DNA from: Saprolegnia diclina VS20
Taxonomy: Eukaryota
Length of the DNA: 64,000 nucleotides
Reading direction: 5' to 3'
Assembly (NCBI RefSeq): GCF_000281045.1
Contig: NW_008246088.1
Coordinates: forward strand, 53,496-117,495
Each line of letters begins with the position of its first letter. Position 1 is the stretch's first letter. Positions 35,708 to 47,430 of the stretch are shown here, one piece after another. Both the position numbers and the translations under genes were made by a program. The notes below the pieces were generated by a model. That model saw nothing but the letters and a program-made list of their open reading frames with translations. It made no database searches and was not told the DNA's origin.

Positions 35708-35977
35708 TTAGACGGTCGAGCTGCGTGGGCACGACGCGTCGACAAACTGGCGCTGGAGCTTCTCCATCGCCGACTCGTGCCGCATGCGGGACGTCGTCGG
35801 CATGCGAAGAATCGGGACGGCGCTGGACACCGGATGCATCTCGGGCGACTCGAGCACTTGCCGCCAAATGTCAAAGTCCATGCAATCCGGTTGCTTGGTC
35901 AGCGGCTCGACCGTCGGTGCGAGGGCGGCGAGGTTGAGCACCGCGTTGTTGCGCTGGAGGTGCTTGCTACTCGACAT
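35708..35977 (-). CDS. Hypothetical 89-aa protein
   Basis: Compact ATG-initiated ORF with coding-like GC3, followed by an AT-rich intergenic segment. No family recognised. Confidence 0.45.
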   Translation of the reverse strand: MSSSKHLQRNNAVLNLAALAPTVEPLTKQPDCMDFDIWRQVLESPEMHPVSSAVPILRMPTTSRMRHESAMEKLQRQFVDASCPRSSTV

Positions 35978-36391
35978 GGCGACTGCGCATCAGGAGGCAG
36001 AACGCGGAATCCATCGAAGTTCGAAATTAGTGGTACGGCGTTTCTATCGCCCGTCCACCACCAACGTGGGCAACTGCCATCAACCCACGTCGGGTCTTTG
36101 CAGCTATCGCAAAGAGCGGTGCAGCGGTGCGGACCCAGTATAATAATCCTGCAGGTTTCTGGTTCTATCTACATGTACCAACGCGTCCTCGTGCCGCCAC
36201 GTCACGGCCATCTCAAATCAGTTCTTAGACATTGCAGGAAGTAGCGCCACCTTCTGACTCTTGACACAGGAGTAGGACGATGTGCAACGACGCGTGTCCA
36301 TGCGAAGGAGAAGGGATGTGGCGTCCCCACCGCCCGGCCCACGACGCAACACTCGCATATAGCAAATGCAAAAAGATCATCCACGGATCAC

Positions 36392-39035
36392 TTAGTTGAG
36401 CCGCGCTACCGTGCTCATCGGGAGCGTGCTCGTGTTGGCTTGCAGAAGGGTCGAGACGGCGCCGTAGAGCTGCACAAGCTCGTCTACACGGCCATAGTAT
36501 GAGTCGTCACATCGCATCAAAGTTGGCTCCGCGTTACCTGGTCGCAACGCGCGGTACCGCGTCTGAAACATCGTGTGGCAAATGCACGCGCACGCGTCGC
36601 AGCCGTCGCAGACCGGACAGAGCTTGCTACCGCCATTGCAGTTGCACTCGACCGCATGCGGGTTGGTGCGGTACTGCTTCGAGTGCAGAAGCGCGCCCGT
36701 GTGGCCAAAGCCCGACCGGAGGCCGTTGTGGTGCTCGAACGTCACGTGGTGGTCGGCGTCCGCGACAAAGCAGCTCATGCAGAGCTTGAACGGCGGGAGT
36801 GGCACGCCGCTCGCCGGCGTTTTGGCCAAAATCATGCACCCGAGGCACTGCTTGTAGCTGTTGCCAAGCTCCATCCTACAACAACGATATGTCGTCGGCA
36901 TGCTTGCACCGAGAGCGGGGTACCGGCAGAGGGTGCAGAGGAGCTGGTCGGGGCGGGCGTGGAGGTCGACATTGTGCGTGACGTGGCTGTCGCTGTGACG
37001 TTCGTGGACAAACCACGAATCGTCGCCGTCGCTCTGCATGCGTTGCTCCTCTTGGAGGATTGCTTTGAAGGCACTGCGCAGCGACGCAAGTCGCAACATG
37101 GTCGCAGGCGACCGGCGGCCTGACCGCACGGCAGCGACGAGACGCCGGACCGCTTCGAGGACGCACGGCCGCGGGTCCCACACGTACGACATGGGCCGCG
37201 CCTCGGTGCTGGGTCGCTGGAGGCGTTGCAGCGAGTACTACACCGCGATCGAGTTCTATGCATTTAGAGACAGAGCAGTACGCACCGCGATCGAGTCGGC
37301 GATGCCGCCACCCGTGACGCCTTGGTACGCCCACTCCCAACTCAGAAACATCGAGAAGCCGCGCTGGGCCGTGTCCGGATCGTGGACGCTGCGCCACATG
37401 TGCAGTCGACCCTACGCGCCGAGTCGGTGTCAGCCACTCCATGCGGCGCGTGCATCCCATACGCGGTTGATGTGGAGGTACTCGCCGGGCTGCAGCCGCA
37501 CCTTGCGCGAGGTGTACCCCAACTTACTACTCGCAATCTTATCAATATAAGAGCGATAGGGCCGACGTACTGGAGGTTGTCGAGGTACTTGTCGAGCATC
37601 TCGGCGCGCCGATGGGGCTGGTAGCCCATCCGGTCGAGGAAGTCGAGGAGGCGGAGGCACGCGGACGGCGGGTATTGATCAAACACAATGAGCTCGAGCT
37701 CGCCGTGGAGCACTTGGTACGCAATGTCGGTCGAGCCGTTGCCCGCCTGGAAGAGCGCAGACCGGTGGCCCGCAAAGCTGCAGTACATGCGCGGAGCGAA
37801 GCGTTCGTGGCGATACGACGCCGGGAGGTTCTGCAGATAGCAGTCTGCGCCACCCGGCAAAATGTTGGGCCACGCAAACTGCCGACTCAGATCCGACGCC
37901 ATCTAAGCCCACAAAATGTAAGCTCAAAGCAAAAACAAGCAAAACGATGCACACATACCTCGCCGCAGAACAGGTCGAGGTTGAGGCCACTGAGCGCAAG
38001 CACTTCGTGGAGGCCAATGGACCACGACTTGTTGTTGACGTCGACAACGTGGACCACGGAGGGCGGCGCGCGCTGCGTCGCAATGATGTACTTGCGAAAC
38101 TCGACGATCGAGAGCTGAATGTCGCCGGCGTAGTACAGTGGGGACGTCGACCCTTTCGGCGGAAGCTCCGTCGACTTGTAGAGCTTGAAGTGCGAGAACG
38201 ACCAGTGGAGGTTCGGGGAGCAGCTACGAGCCGCGTAGGAGCGATACCGATGATGGGCATTTCTCATTACCTGTCGAGAAAGTTGATGACGGTCCAGAGC
38301 TCAATGTTGAGACCTGACACGAGGCCTTTGAGGACCGTGAGCGACGACGTCCCTTCGAGGCAGCTAGACGTGAAGCGTGAGACGCGAACATAGCGAGACA
38401 AACGCATGTTACCGCAGGAGACAGTCCATCTCGGCGTCCTCCACACGGCCATGAGGCTTGCTTGAGTACGCTGGCGTCAAGTCGATGCGCAACACATGCT
38501 CGTCGTCGGTCTCGAGGCTGCGTCGAAACCGGTCCAGGGATGCGACGTATGTCCGCTGCTTCCAGAGCGGCGGCGGGGCGTTGGTCGGCGGACCATCGCG
38601 CTTGGCAAAGTCACCCATCGAAGACAAGTGGCGCGACTGGTACATGGGGCCGCCCGAGATGAATGGCTCGTCGACAACATGACGATTTCGCCCAATAACA
38701 CGACCGGACGCATCGACTGCATACTGGGGCTCGGGCGCGATAGGCACGTAGGCCGTCGCCGGCGCAGTCACCACCGGCGGCGCCATAATGGGCGCGGTCG
38801 ACGGCGCACGCGGCTCGTCGATGCCCAAGGCTTCTCGGCGCTCCTTGGCCATGTCGGCCATGATCACATGCGGTGCCACGAGTTCGCGGTGGCGGAGGTC
38901 CACGAAGTTGCCGCGGCTGTGGTAGGCCTTGAAGCACGAGGGCTGGCAGCAGAAGCGCATGTCGCGGACGTCGGTCTCCCCGACCCCCGAGATCCGCTTG
39001 TCCCTCTGGCAGAAGACGCAGCGCACGATGCCCAT
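36392..39035 (-). CDS. JmjC-like domain protein with Cys-rich zinc-finger regions (multi-exon; start uncertain)
   Basis: MYCSFAGHRSALFQAG, KVRLQPGEYLHINR|GRLHMWR and SWEWAY follow the JmjC strand pattern. The C-terminus has CTLC..CRMELGNSYKQCLGC and further CxxC clusters. Confidence 0.55.
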
Positions 39036-40114
39036 CGTCTCGTCGGCTGCCCCAAACACGCCAATTGCCAACCGGTTGCGACCAACGTATCCGGATGATC
39101 CGCTGCAACCTTGCGCGAGGTTGCACTTGGCTTTGGCAAAGCGCAGCAGATAAGGCCTCCTCACTCACAGAGGCCTCCTAGTGTGCGTGTTGGCGATACG
39201 CGCAGCTGGTGCCAGTCTGTTTAGAAGCCACGCAGCTCGGACAAGAGCACGGGTCATCAGCTGCTCGTCTCCATCATTCGAGATGATGCATTTCACAAGC
39301 ATGCACGGCTGCCGCTCACTGTTTGCCGGTGGCCAGCCATTGAGAAGTGTATGGCCCCCTTGCTTTCGAGACGCGCTATCTTGGAGCTGCGTCGGGTTCG
39401 AATCGCGTGTGTCGGTGCTGGCAACAACGTCGTCGTCACTTATGTATTTCACATCTCGCTCCCAGTCGCCAACAGGTCGTCGCGATGGCTCGATGCGAGC
39501 CTGCATGGTCGAGCGGCACCGGTCGCCTCTACTACCTCTACTGCCTGGTACTCGTACACCCACGACGATGCGGGCTCGGTCCGTCCGTGCAGGTTCCAGA
39601 CATTGACCGTGCGTGCGTGATGGCCAGCAGCCACCAATTTGGTGATGTGAGCCTTTATTCATGCATCTTCCTGTCGCGGCGGCTGCTTTGAACCTTGAAG
39701 TAGCCACACCCAGTTCCGACCAGACGACGTCGTGCATGGTAGCGCGACACCGCGCGGGTGCGCTGCGGAGCGCTGCGGAGCGAGGCGCTTCGCTGCAGTG
39801 CGTCGACCTGGAGGACGATACGTGTCAACGACGCAGCCACGCGCTTGCGCCGCGCCTCTGGGCGACGGCAGCTCCGACGCCGTGACTTACGAGCCAGATG
39901 GCGCGGCTCAAAAGCAACTTTGAGTCGGGGTAGCCACGCGTTATTTTTATTCCGACTGGCAATGTCGACTTAAGGTTTGTATGCAAACGCATTAAAAGTG
40001 CGATTTCGGCCACGAAAAAACAGGTACGTTGCGATGGTGACACACTTTTTTTGTTGGCGTCAACAAGGAAGGCCGGCGCTTGCGACTCCTCGCTCCCGCC
40101 GTTGCCTCGACGTC

Positions 40115-41044
40115 ATGAAGGCCTCTCTTGCAGCGGCATCACATGCGACGCTGAAAGGCGTCGCGTGTACCCAGCGACGATCTTCGCGAAACGCCTGGCG
40201 CCCGCCACCGGCCGTCGCCGCCACGATCGTCTACGACGGTGTGAGCGATGTCCACCGCGATGCGAGCGACCCATGGCGGCAGTGCGCTCTGCCCATTTGC
40301 GTCCTTCTCTTTCTCTCAAGTGCGTGGCTCTGCATCTACAGCCCCGACGCGCTGGCGCTGACCGGGCTCGCTCTGAGCTGCCTCGGTCTTTCGGCCATCG
40401 CCTCTGCCCGCCAGCTCGATGGCACGTCCAAGCTCGCGCTCGACATGCGCGAGATCGTCGTCGTTCAGAACCCGACGTCGCCTGCGTGGACATTGAAGCA
40501 AACCGAGCGTCTATTGGACTCGGACGACGAGGTCGTCGATGTTGGCCGCCGGTCGTACTCGATGCAGTCGACGCTCGACTCGGAGTGCGACTCGGAGTGC
40601 GACGACGATCTGCGGCACTCGATTGCATCGACCGTCGCAGTCGAAGACGACGAAGACGACACCGAGGACGACCTATCGGACATAGAGTTGTTTGACGTCG
40701 CGCCACCGTATGTCCCGTCCCCTGTCCCCCTTGCCTCCACGCCCATCATCCGTCCGCCCCGCCCCCCGACCGTGGCGCTGAAACGGAAGCTCGTTTCAGT
40801 AGCTGCCTCGTCACCGACGACCAAGTACCGCGCTGTGAGCTGTGCTAAGCCTCGCGCATTTGGCGGCCGAAAGCTTCTTACGCCCGCCCTGCAACGCATG
40901 CTCGACGAAGTTGAAGCGATGCAAGACGAGAGTGACCGGCTCATGGCCGAAATGGCGCACCTTGGTGTGCACGGCCCATGCAGCATGAACGACCGTCTCC
41001 GGCGCTGGTCTCTGCGCTCGGCGAGCCCGACCCCGCCCTTGTAA
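40115..41044 (+). CDS. Hypothetical membrane protein (two TM helices, acidic tract)
   Basis: Long ORF with hydrophobic LPICVLLFLSSAWLCIY and LALTGLALSCLGLSAIA, followed by a D/E-rich region. Confidence 0.55.
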   Translation: MKASLAAASHATLKGVACTQRRSSRNAWRPPPAVAATIVYDGVSDVHRDASDPWRQCALPICVLLFLSSAWLCIYSPDALALTGLALSCLGLSAIASARQLDGTSKLALDMREIVVVQNPTSPAWTLKQTERLLDSDDEVVDVGRRSYSMQSTLDSECDSECDDDLRHSIASTVAVEDDEDDTEDDLSDIELFDVAPPYVPSPVPLASTPIIRPPRPPTVALKRKLVSVAASSPTTKYRAVSCAKPRAFGGRKLLTPALQRMLDEVEAMQDESDRLMAEMAHLGVHGPCSMNDRLRRWSLRSASPTPPL

Positions 41045-41097
41045 ATCATTCTTCTATCCTTAACTTGAAACCCTAAACACGTGAATTTGCTGTTATT

Positions 41098-42038
41098 CTA
41101 TTGCTTGGGGTTGTTGAGGAAGGCCATGAAGCCCGTGTAGGCGCGCTCGAGGTCAAAGCTCATTTGACGGATCTGGTCGTCGTCGAGCTCGTCCGACGCA
41201 CGCATGGCGTTGAGGACGCGGAGCCATTGCTCTAGCTTGAGCCGGCCCTCGAACGTTGGCGGAAGGCCATTGACCTTGGAGAGACTCGACATGCACTCGC
41301 TCAATAGCGGCTGGATCTCGTCCACAGCGCGCACGTTGAGCTTGAGGTAGTCGGACAGCGTGATGCAGTGTTGCACCTACGCATTTGCACGTTCAGAAAG
41401 GGCATGGCGTTGGCTGGTACCGTTTGAGCGACGTTGACCGTGTCGGAACTACTGCTCGTCGTGTTGTGCACAACGGTCGCGGGCACGCCGAGGCGCACAA
41501 GGCGCTCAATCGCGCGCGGGCAGTCGAGGCGATAATGTGTCAAGAACGAGTCGATGGAGACGAGGTGCCCCGCGTTGCGCAGCGCGGTTTCGGTCGTCTT
41601 GTACTGCGAAATGAGCTTTGTGCATGCTTCTGTGTACTATGTATGCAGAGATGACATGGGCAAGACACAAGAGAGGCAAACCGCGTCGGGCGAAATGGCG
41701 TCACGGACATACGCTGTCTCGAGATGCTCCGTGGTCTGCCCATCAATGAGCACATGCACACAGACGCGGAGGCCGCGTACCTTGATGATTGCATAGAGGT
41801 CCGAGAGGTCTTCGTACATGCGTCGTTCCTTGGGCGTATCCCATAGCTTGATCTCGCCGACCTTGGCCGGCGGACCCTACGGGCCGTGTCAGCCTCACTC
41901 GCCAGGAGAGCTTCGCCGAGGTACCGACGGCGCGGAGGCCGCGGACATGGTCACTTGGGTCTGGATGTGCATGCTCGCCGAAGTGTACGTGTACGCAGGC
42001 GGCGGGACGTTGGTGTACGGCGGAGGCGGCGGGTTCAT
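41098..42038 (-). CDS. VPS28: ESCRT-I subunit VPS28 (multi-exon)
   Basis: ERRMYEDLSDLYAIIK|TTEHLETAYVRDAISP, YRLDCPRAIERLV..GVPAT, LKLNVRAVDEIQPLL and MRASDELDDDQIRQMSFDLERAY. Confidence 0.95.
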
Positions 42039-42536
42039 CGCGTGTCGTCGCTTTGTCTTGTGGCAAGGCGAGTTGCCGGATCTTTATGCACTTATAATTC
42101 TGAAACACAATGCCAGCACATACAAGTTTCAAGGTTACATTGGCGCTTAGTTATTATAATATCCTAACACAATTTAGCGTGTTAGAATACAGAGTGGTGA
42201 TCACCAACATTCGGCATCCGCGGCAAGCCATCCCTGGGAATCCTTCCTCGCATGCGAACACCAGCGCGAGATGACTGTGGCATTCGACACGTTGGCTCCG
42301 GGAGCAAAAGAGGCTCTTGAGCGATCGCTTCAATCGAGTCCAACACCCCAATGGTGCTCACTAGATAGCCTTGGACGAGGCAAGTGATGGCGAGCTGCCG
42401 CCCTTTGTCGCCGTACAACGAACGCTGGTCTGCTGCAGTGATCGCGGATATAATTAGTCCTTTCTCGCTTGGCTAAATATACGTAGTCGTCTTTCTTTCT
42501 TCCGACCAAATTCTCGAGTGACGACGACGACGCGGG

Positions 42537-43998
42537 ATGGAGACGAAGCTCACGCAGTCCTTCTGGCGCAAGAAGCGTATCATCACGCAGGAAGTTCTCC
42601 AGGCCATTGGAAAAGTAAGATCTCTTTGGGATGACGTCGAGCTTATGGTATACTAGACGACGCCGACCGACGACAGTGTGTACCAGCAGGAGCTGCTCAA
42701 GTTTCAAGACTTGGTGACGCACGTCCGCGCGACGCTGCGGGAGCTCGAACGGTATCGCTGCAGCCTCCAGCTCTTCTGCAGCGCGACGACAGCACTCGCC
42801 AACGAGGTCGTGTGCCTTGCAACGCCGAGCCACCTGGGGCAAGTGCCACCGACGCACCCCGAGGCGTTGGCCACGGCGCTGCGCCAGGTCGCGCCGTCAC
42901 GGATGATGAAGACGCAGTACTACTCTGTGGTCCTCGCCTTGAGTTTCATTTTGACCACTTCTCAACTGATATACATAGGACGACACGATCACGGGCGCCA
43001 TTCGGTCGCTTGGCATCAAGCTTGCCGAGCTCGAGGCGCAGACCGTGCGACGCCAAGATGCGCTGAAAGTGAAACTCAATGCGCTCTAGAAAGACATCAA
43101 GGCCCGCGCACAAGCCAAGCTCGAGTGCGATAGCTACGCACGCGGCGCCAAGCCGTCGGCGATGCACACCGCAGCGCACGCGCGCCTCGACTCATGCACC
43201 CGCACCGTGTTTCGCGTGTTTGCCAAGTACGAGGCGCTGCGCAACACCTTTTTGTCCAACGAGCTGGAAATGGTGTGTTGACGGGCGGCCTACCCGTCAA
43301 TTAACTACACATATGCGTGCAGGTGCGGCAAGCGCTAAGCTCCTTCTTCCTCAATGGCGCCGATGCGATCGCGGCGCCGCTTCTTTTGCAGCCCGATTCC
43401 GTTGCTGCCGAAGAAGACAAGGTAATGTACACTGTCTCTCACGTCGTCAGCCTTATGACACGTCACGCAGATCTTCTCAGACTTGATGACCAAGGGCAGC
43501 GTTGTGGCGGAGGCGCCTCAAGAAGTTGCAAGCGAGGTCGAGCCTGTGGTCCACCACGTAGACTGCAACCCGCGAAAGCCGAGCTTGCCCTCGCTGCCAG
43601 AATGCCACGCGGTCGTGGCCAAGTACGCGCGCCGCCGCCTGTCGCGAAGTGCCTCGGCACGCCCGCTCGCACAGCATGCGCCGCCCTCCGTGCTTTTGGC
43701 TACTCTATCCCTCGACGACGGTGACGACGGTGAGCTGGAACGATTTCGATTGCATCTGATTCGAATCTCGTCGTGCCGACTAGGCAACCCAAGTCTCGCC
43801 GCGGGCTGGCAGCGCTGCGACAACCAGGACGACGACATTGGCGAGGAGATCATGACGACAGTACCTCTCCAAGACGCAGAGGGTGTGGCTGCGCCACCTT
43901 CTGGCGATGCACCTTCGGCTCGACGGGTATCTTTGTCGTTTGTCCCGTTTGCAGCCAAGCTGGTCCGGGACCCAAATTCGAACCAACGGCCAAACTAG
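42537..43998 (+). CDS. BAR-domain-like protein (multi-exon)
   Basis: The spliced N-terminus METKLTQSFWRKKRIITQEVLQAIGK|TTPTDDSVYQQELLKFQDL resembles an amphiphysin/arfaptin BAR start. KARAQAKLECDSY follows later. Confidence 0.5.
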
Positions 43999-44439
43999 CC
44001 AAAAGCTTCTGTCGACAACAAGAGAATCGAAGCATTTGTATATGACTACGCAACCGCAGTCGCCTTCTATCACGTCGTGGAAGGACGCAATCTCTTCCTG
44101 CGCCTTTCGCTCGATTTGGCGCGGGCCAGCAGCGTGCAGCACGAACAAGAGTATGATGTTTTAGAGGTTTTTTACATCTGAAGAGGGTTGACATTGGCGC
44201 AGCAAATCTATCGTCTCCGTCGAGGTATGTGGTTTCAGAGGGAGTGCACTGTGGTCGGCGTTTTGATTGGGCGAGGACTGTGGTACGTTTTCTTTGGCTG
44301 TGGGATCTTTGAAAGGCACGATCTTCAACCTCCAGTCAGAATGCAGCGATTGAAAGTTGATATCGAGTTCCAGAGGTTTTCAATCCTAGTTGAAGGTTGC
44401 CGCAAAAACCGTCACACTCCAATTTGACCTCGAGCCACC

Positions 44440-45934
44440 ATGCGGGTCCAAGAAGAGACGACTGCGCTCCTGCCCAAGACGCCTTCGCTCGTCCAGAGCC
44501 CCAACTTTCGCGCTGTGCTCCGTGATGAAGTCCGCCACGTGTACCAGCTTGCGTCGCCCGTGGTATGTGCTTGGCTAATGGGGCATGTGCTGTGCTCATC
44601 ATCCCGCTTGTCCTTAGGTCATGACGTACGTGCTCGAGCTCACGCCGGGCCTCACAAGCCTTGTGCTTGTGGGCCAAATGGCGGCGGACGATACCAAGAA
44701 GTATGTCGACGCGGCTGCGCTCAGCGTCATGTATCTGAACTTGACGGGCCTCTCGGTCGGCATTGGTCTTGCTACTGCCATGGACACGCTCTGCGCGCAG
44801 GCGTACGGCGCTGGCAACGTCAAGCACATTGGCCTCTACCTCCAGACGGGCAGCATTGTGCTTCTCGCGGCCTTTCTGCCCGTCTTTTTGGCCAATTTCT
44901 TCAGCGCCGACATTTTGATCTTCTTGCAGCAGCCCGAAGACGTGGCCGAGCTCGCGGGGTCGTTCTCGCGCGTCATGGCCCTTGGCCTGCCCTTTCTGTA
45001 CGCGTACGAGCTCCTCAAGAAGGTACTGCAGTGCCAGAACGTGACGTGGCCGATGCTCTACTCGGCCATCATTTGCAACGTGGTCAACCTCGTCGCGGGC
45101 TACCTCCTCGTGAACCACACCGACATGGGCTACATGGGCGCGGCCGTGAGCCGGACGCTCGGCAACATGGCGCTCCCGCTCTCGCTCGTGCCGTACTTTT
45201 CCCAGGCCAAGAACCTCGCGTTCTGGCCCGGCTGGCAGATCGAGTCGGCGTGCCGCGGCATTCCCGAATTTATCTTTTTTGGCCTCGCCGGCATGCTCAT
45301 GATGATCTTTGAGTGGTGGAGCTTTGAGATCATTGCGCTCCTCTCGGGCCTCCTCCCGAACGCGATGGTGGCCATTGGCGCCAACGCTGTCCTTGTCAAC
45401 ATCACGGCGACCGTCAACATGTTTTACCTTGGTATCGCGGTCGCGGGCAACATTCGCGTCGGGAACGCGCTCGGGGCCAACCAGCCCAAGCGCGCGCAGG
45501 TCTCTGCCCTCACGGCAACTGCGCTCGGCGGCGTCGTCTCGATCGCCACGGGCATTTGCGTCTACGCCTTCCGCTTTGTGTACCCGCGCTTCTTTACGCA
45601 GGACGACGCGATGCTCGCTCTCGCGGCGCAGGTCGCGGTCGTTGTCGCCGGCTTCCAGCTCGTGAACGCGCTCAACTCTGCGATCCAAGGCGCGCTCCGC
45701 GGCTGCGGTCTCCAAAACTACGGCGCTGTCATCAACTTTGTGTCGTACATTTGCTTTGGCCTGCCGATGGGGTACCTCTTTGAGTTTCACTTTGAGATGG
45801 GCCTCCCGGGTCTCTGGGTCGGCATGACGATGGGCTACACGTGCGCGATGCTCATCGGGACGGCCATCCTGTACAAGTCCAACTGGCAAACGCTCGCCGA
45901 CAAGGCGCAGGAACGCGCCTTTAGCAAGGAATAA
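44440..45934 (+). CDS. MATE-family efflux transporter (2 exons)
   Basis: GLATAMDTLCAQAYGAG, FEWWSFE, RVGNALGANQP and QGALRGCGLQ, with about 12 TM segments. Confidence 0.95.
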
Positions 45935-46519
45935 GATGGCTCGATTATCAATAGCAGATAGTTTATTTCCACCGATTCGCGTGCGTCATGGCAGGCGGCA
46001 GCGGCTTGGAGCTGCAGCTTGGGCGCTTGGGTTTGGGCAAGTCGACGTGCGGACAGACAGTTTGGCGACACGACTGGACGCGAAGCACCCAGGTGCTTTG
46101 CTCATGGGGTTGAGGTGACACCCATTACAGGTGCGGTAGACAGGGTGTCGACGGTTGTCGCGCGCAATGATAACTGCGCGGATCACCACTCAAATGCCAT
46201 TCGAGTCGGTTGCAACAGAGACGCGAGCGCATCGTCGCAGTGTTGTGGCGCCTGGAACCAGTGAAAGCGTTGGCGACGCTGTCGACTGCGCATTCGGAAC
46301 GATAAGCATCCTCCACCTCCGTGACCAACGAGTTGCACTCTTGAAGTGGCGAGTATTCTTTTTGAGAGGCTTTTCAACGCGAAAGATTACGAAGATCGTC
46401 AATGACTCGTGGGAGCATGTCTTCGTTGGGCACATTGGGGGTCGAGCCGTGGGTTGAGCGATCGGTCATGCAGGCATGGAGGACAAGATTATGAGATACC
46501 GGTGTAAACACTGGTTTGG

Positions 46520-47143
46520 TTATGTAAGCACGTTACAGATATCGCCCGAGGCTTGGAACTCGCGCTCGCACGCAGGGTCCTTGACGTATACGTCGACGTC
46601 AAAGTACTTGGCATACGCCGAGACAAAGCCGATGCAGTCAGGGCACATGGCGCGGTCGACGACGATCGACACGTGCCGCCAGTACACGCGCGCATCGGCT
46701 GCATCTTTGAGCTTCTCGTGGAGGTCGACGAGCTTTTGCTTCTCGGCGTGGCACCAGCCAAACATGAAGCTGCGACTGTTGAGAACCGTCGGGTTTTCCA
46801 CCACGTAGGCGTGCTGGACCTCGGTCGCCAAGTAGGCAGCGCCGAGGCTTAGTGACTGCTGCGCGAGAAAACCGTCCGGAGAGCCGCAGACGCCAAAGCC
46901 GCTGATGGTCGCACCGTCCAGCAGCGTCGGCAGCAGCGGCAGGTCGTCGCGTGGCAGTGCACGCAGCTCGGCGTGGCACTTGGTGGCGCGCTTGGAGGTC
47001 GGAAAGTGCACCTCCTGCGCTGTCAAGTACGCAAGGTACGCTTCAAAGTGGGCGATCTGCTCCAGCGGCGGCAGCTCAAGATACGTGGCCGCGACATCGG
47101 GCCCGAGGAACGCGGCGAACGTGTAGTACGTCGTCGTGCTCAT
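46520..47143 (-). CDS. Zn-dependent nucleic-acid deaminase, SsdA/BaDTF2 toxin-deaminase-like
   Basis: Intronless, 207 aa. Motifs ATISGFG, WCHAEKQ (HxE), IVVDRAMCPDC (CxxC) and the C-terminal AKYFDVDVYVKDP..REF..SG. Confidence 0.75.
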   Translation of the reverse strand: MSTTTYYTFAAFLGPDVAATYLELPPLEQIAHFEAYLAYLTAQEVHFPTSKRATKCHAELRALPRDDLPLLPTLLDGATISGFGVCGSPDGFLAQQSLSLGAAYLATEVQHAYVVENPTVLNSRSFMFGWCHAEKQKLVDLHEKLKDAADARVYWRHVSIVVDRAMCPDCIGFVSAYAKYFDVDVYVKDPACEREFQASGDICNVLT

Positions 47144-47430
47144 GGCGTGATTGGCCAAGAAAGGACATGCCGGTTGAGTACATCCGGATAATGCGCGTCA
47201 GGTGCAAACTGAGTTTGGCAAAACTGTACTGGCACAAGCGAGCACAGGTGTGATGCAAACGAGCACAAGCACGCGTACCTTGGTACTTAATTATTGTTGC
47301 AGAGGCACTCGTGAAGCCGAATGACTGGCACTTTTGTGGTGCAATGGGCTTGAACTATGTGAATGAGGGTCGTTAACCGCGTGAATGATGGTAAAAATAG
47401 CTCATCACGCTTTGTGTGACGCATTTTACG

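Noticed and set aside
39165..39973. Several 60-190 aa ORFs between the JmjC-like gene and the membrane-protein gene
   Set aside because: No motif and no consistent coding signal. They might be upstream exons, but I cannot support that.
44336..45889. 517-aa antisense ORF over the MATE gene, and many similar antisense ORFs in the window
   Set aside because: Shadow ORFs caused by high GC3 on the coding strand. They contain no recognisable motifs.
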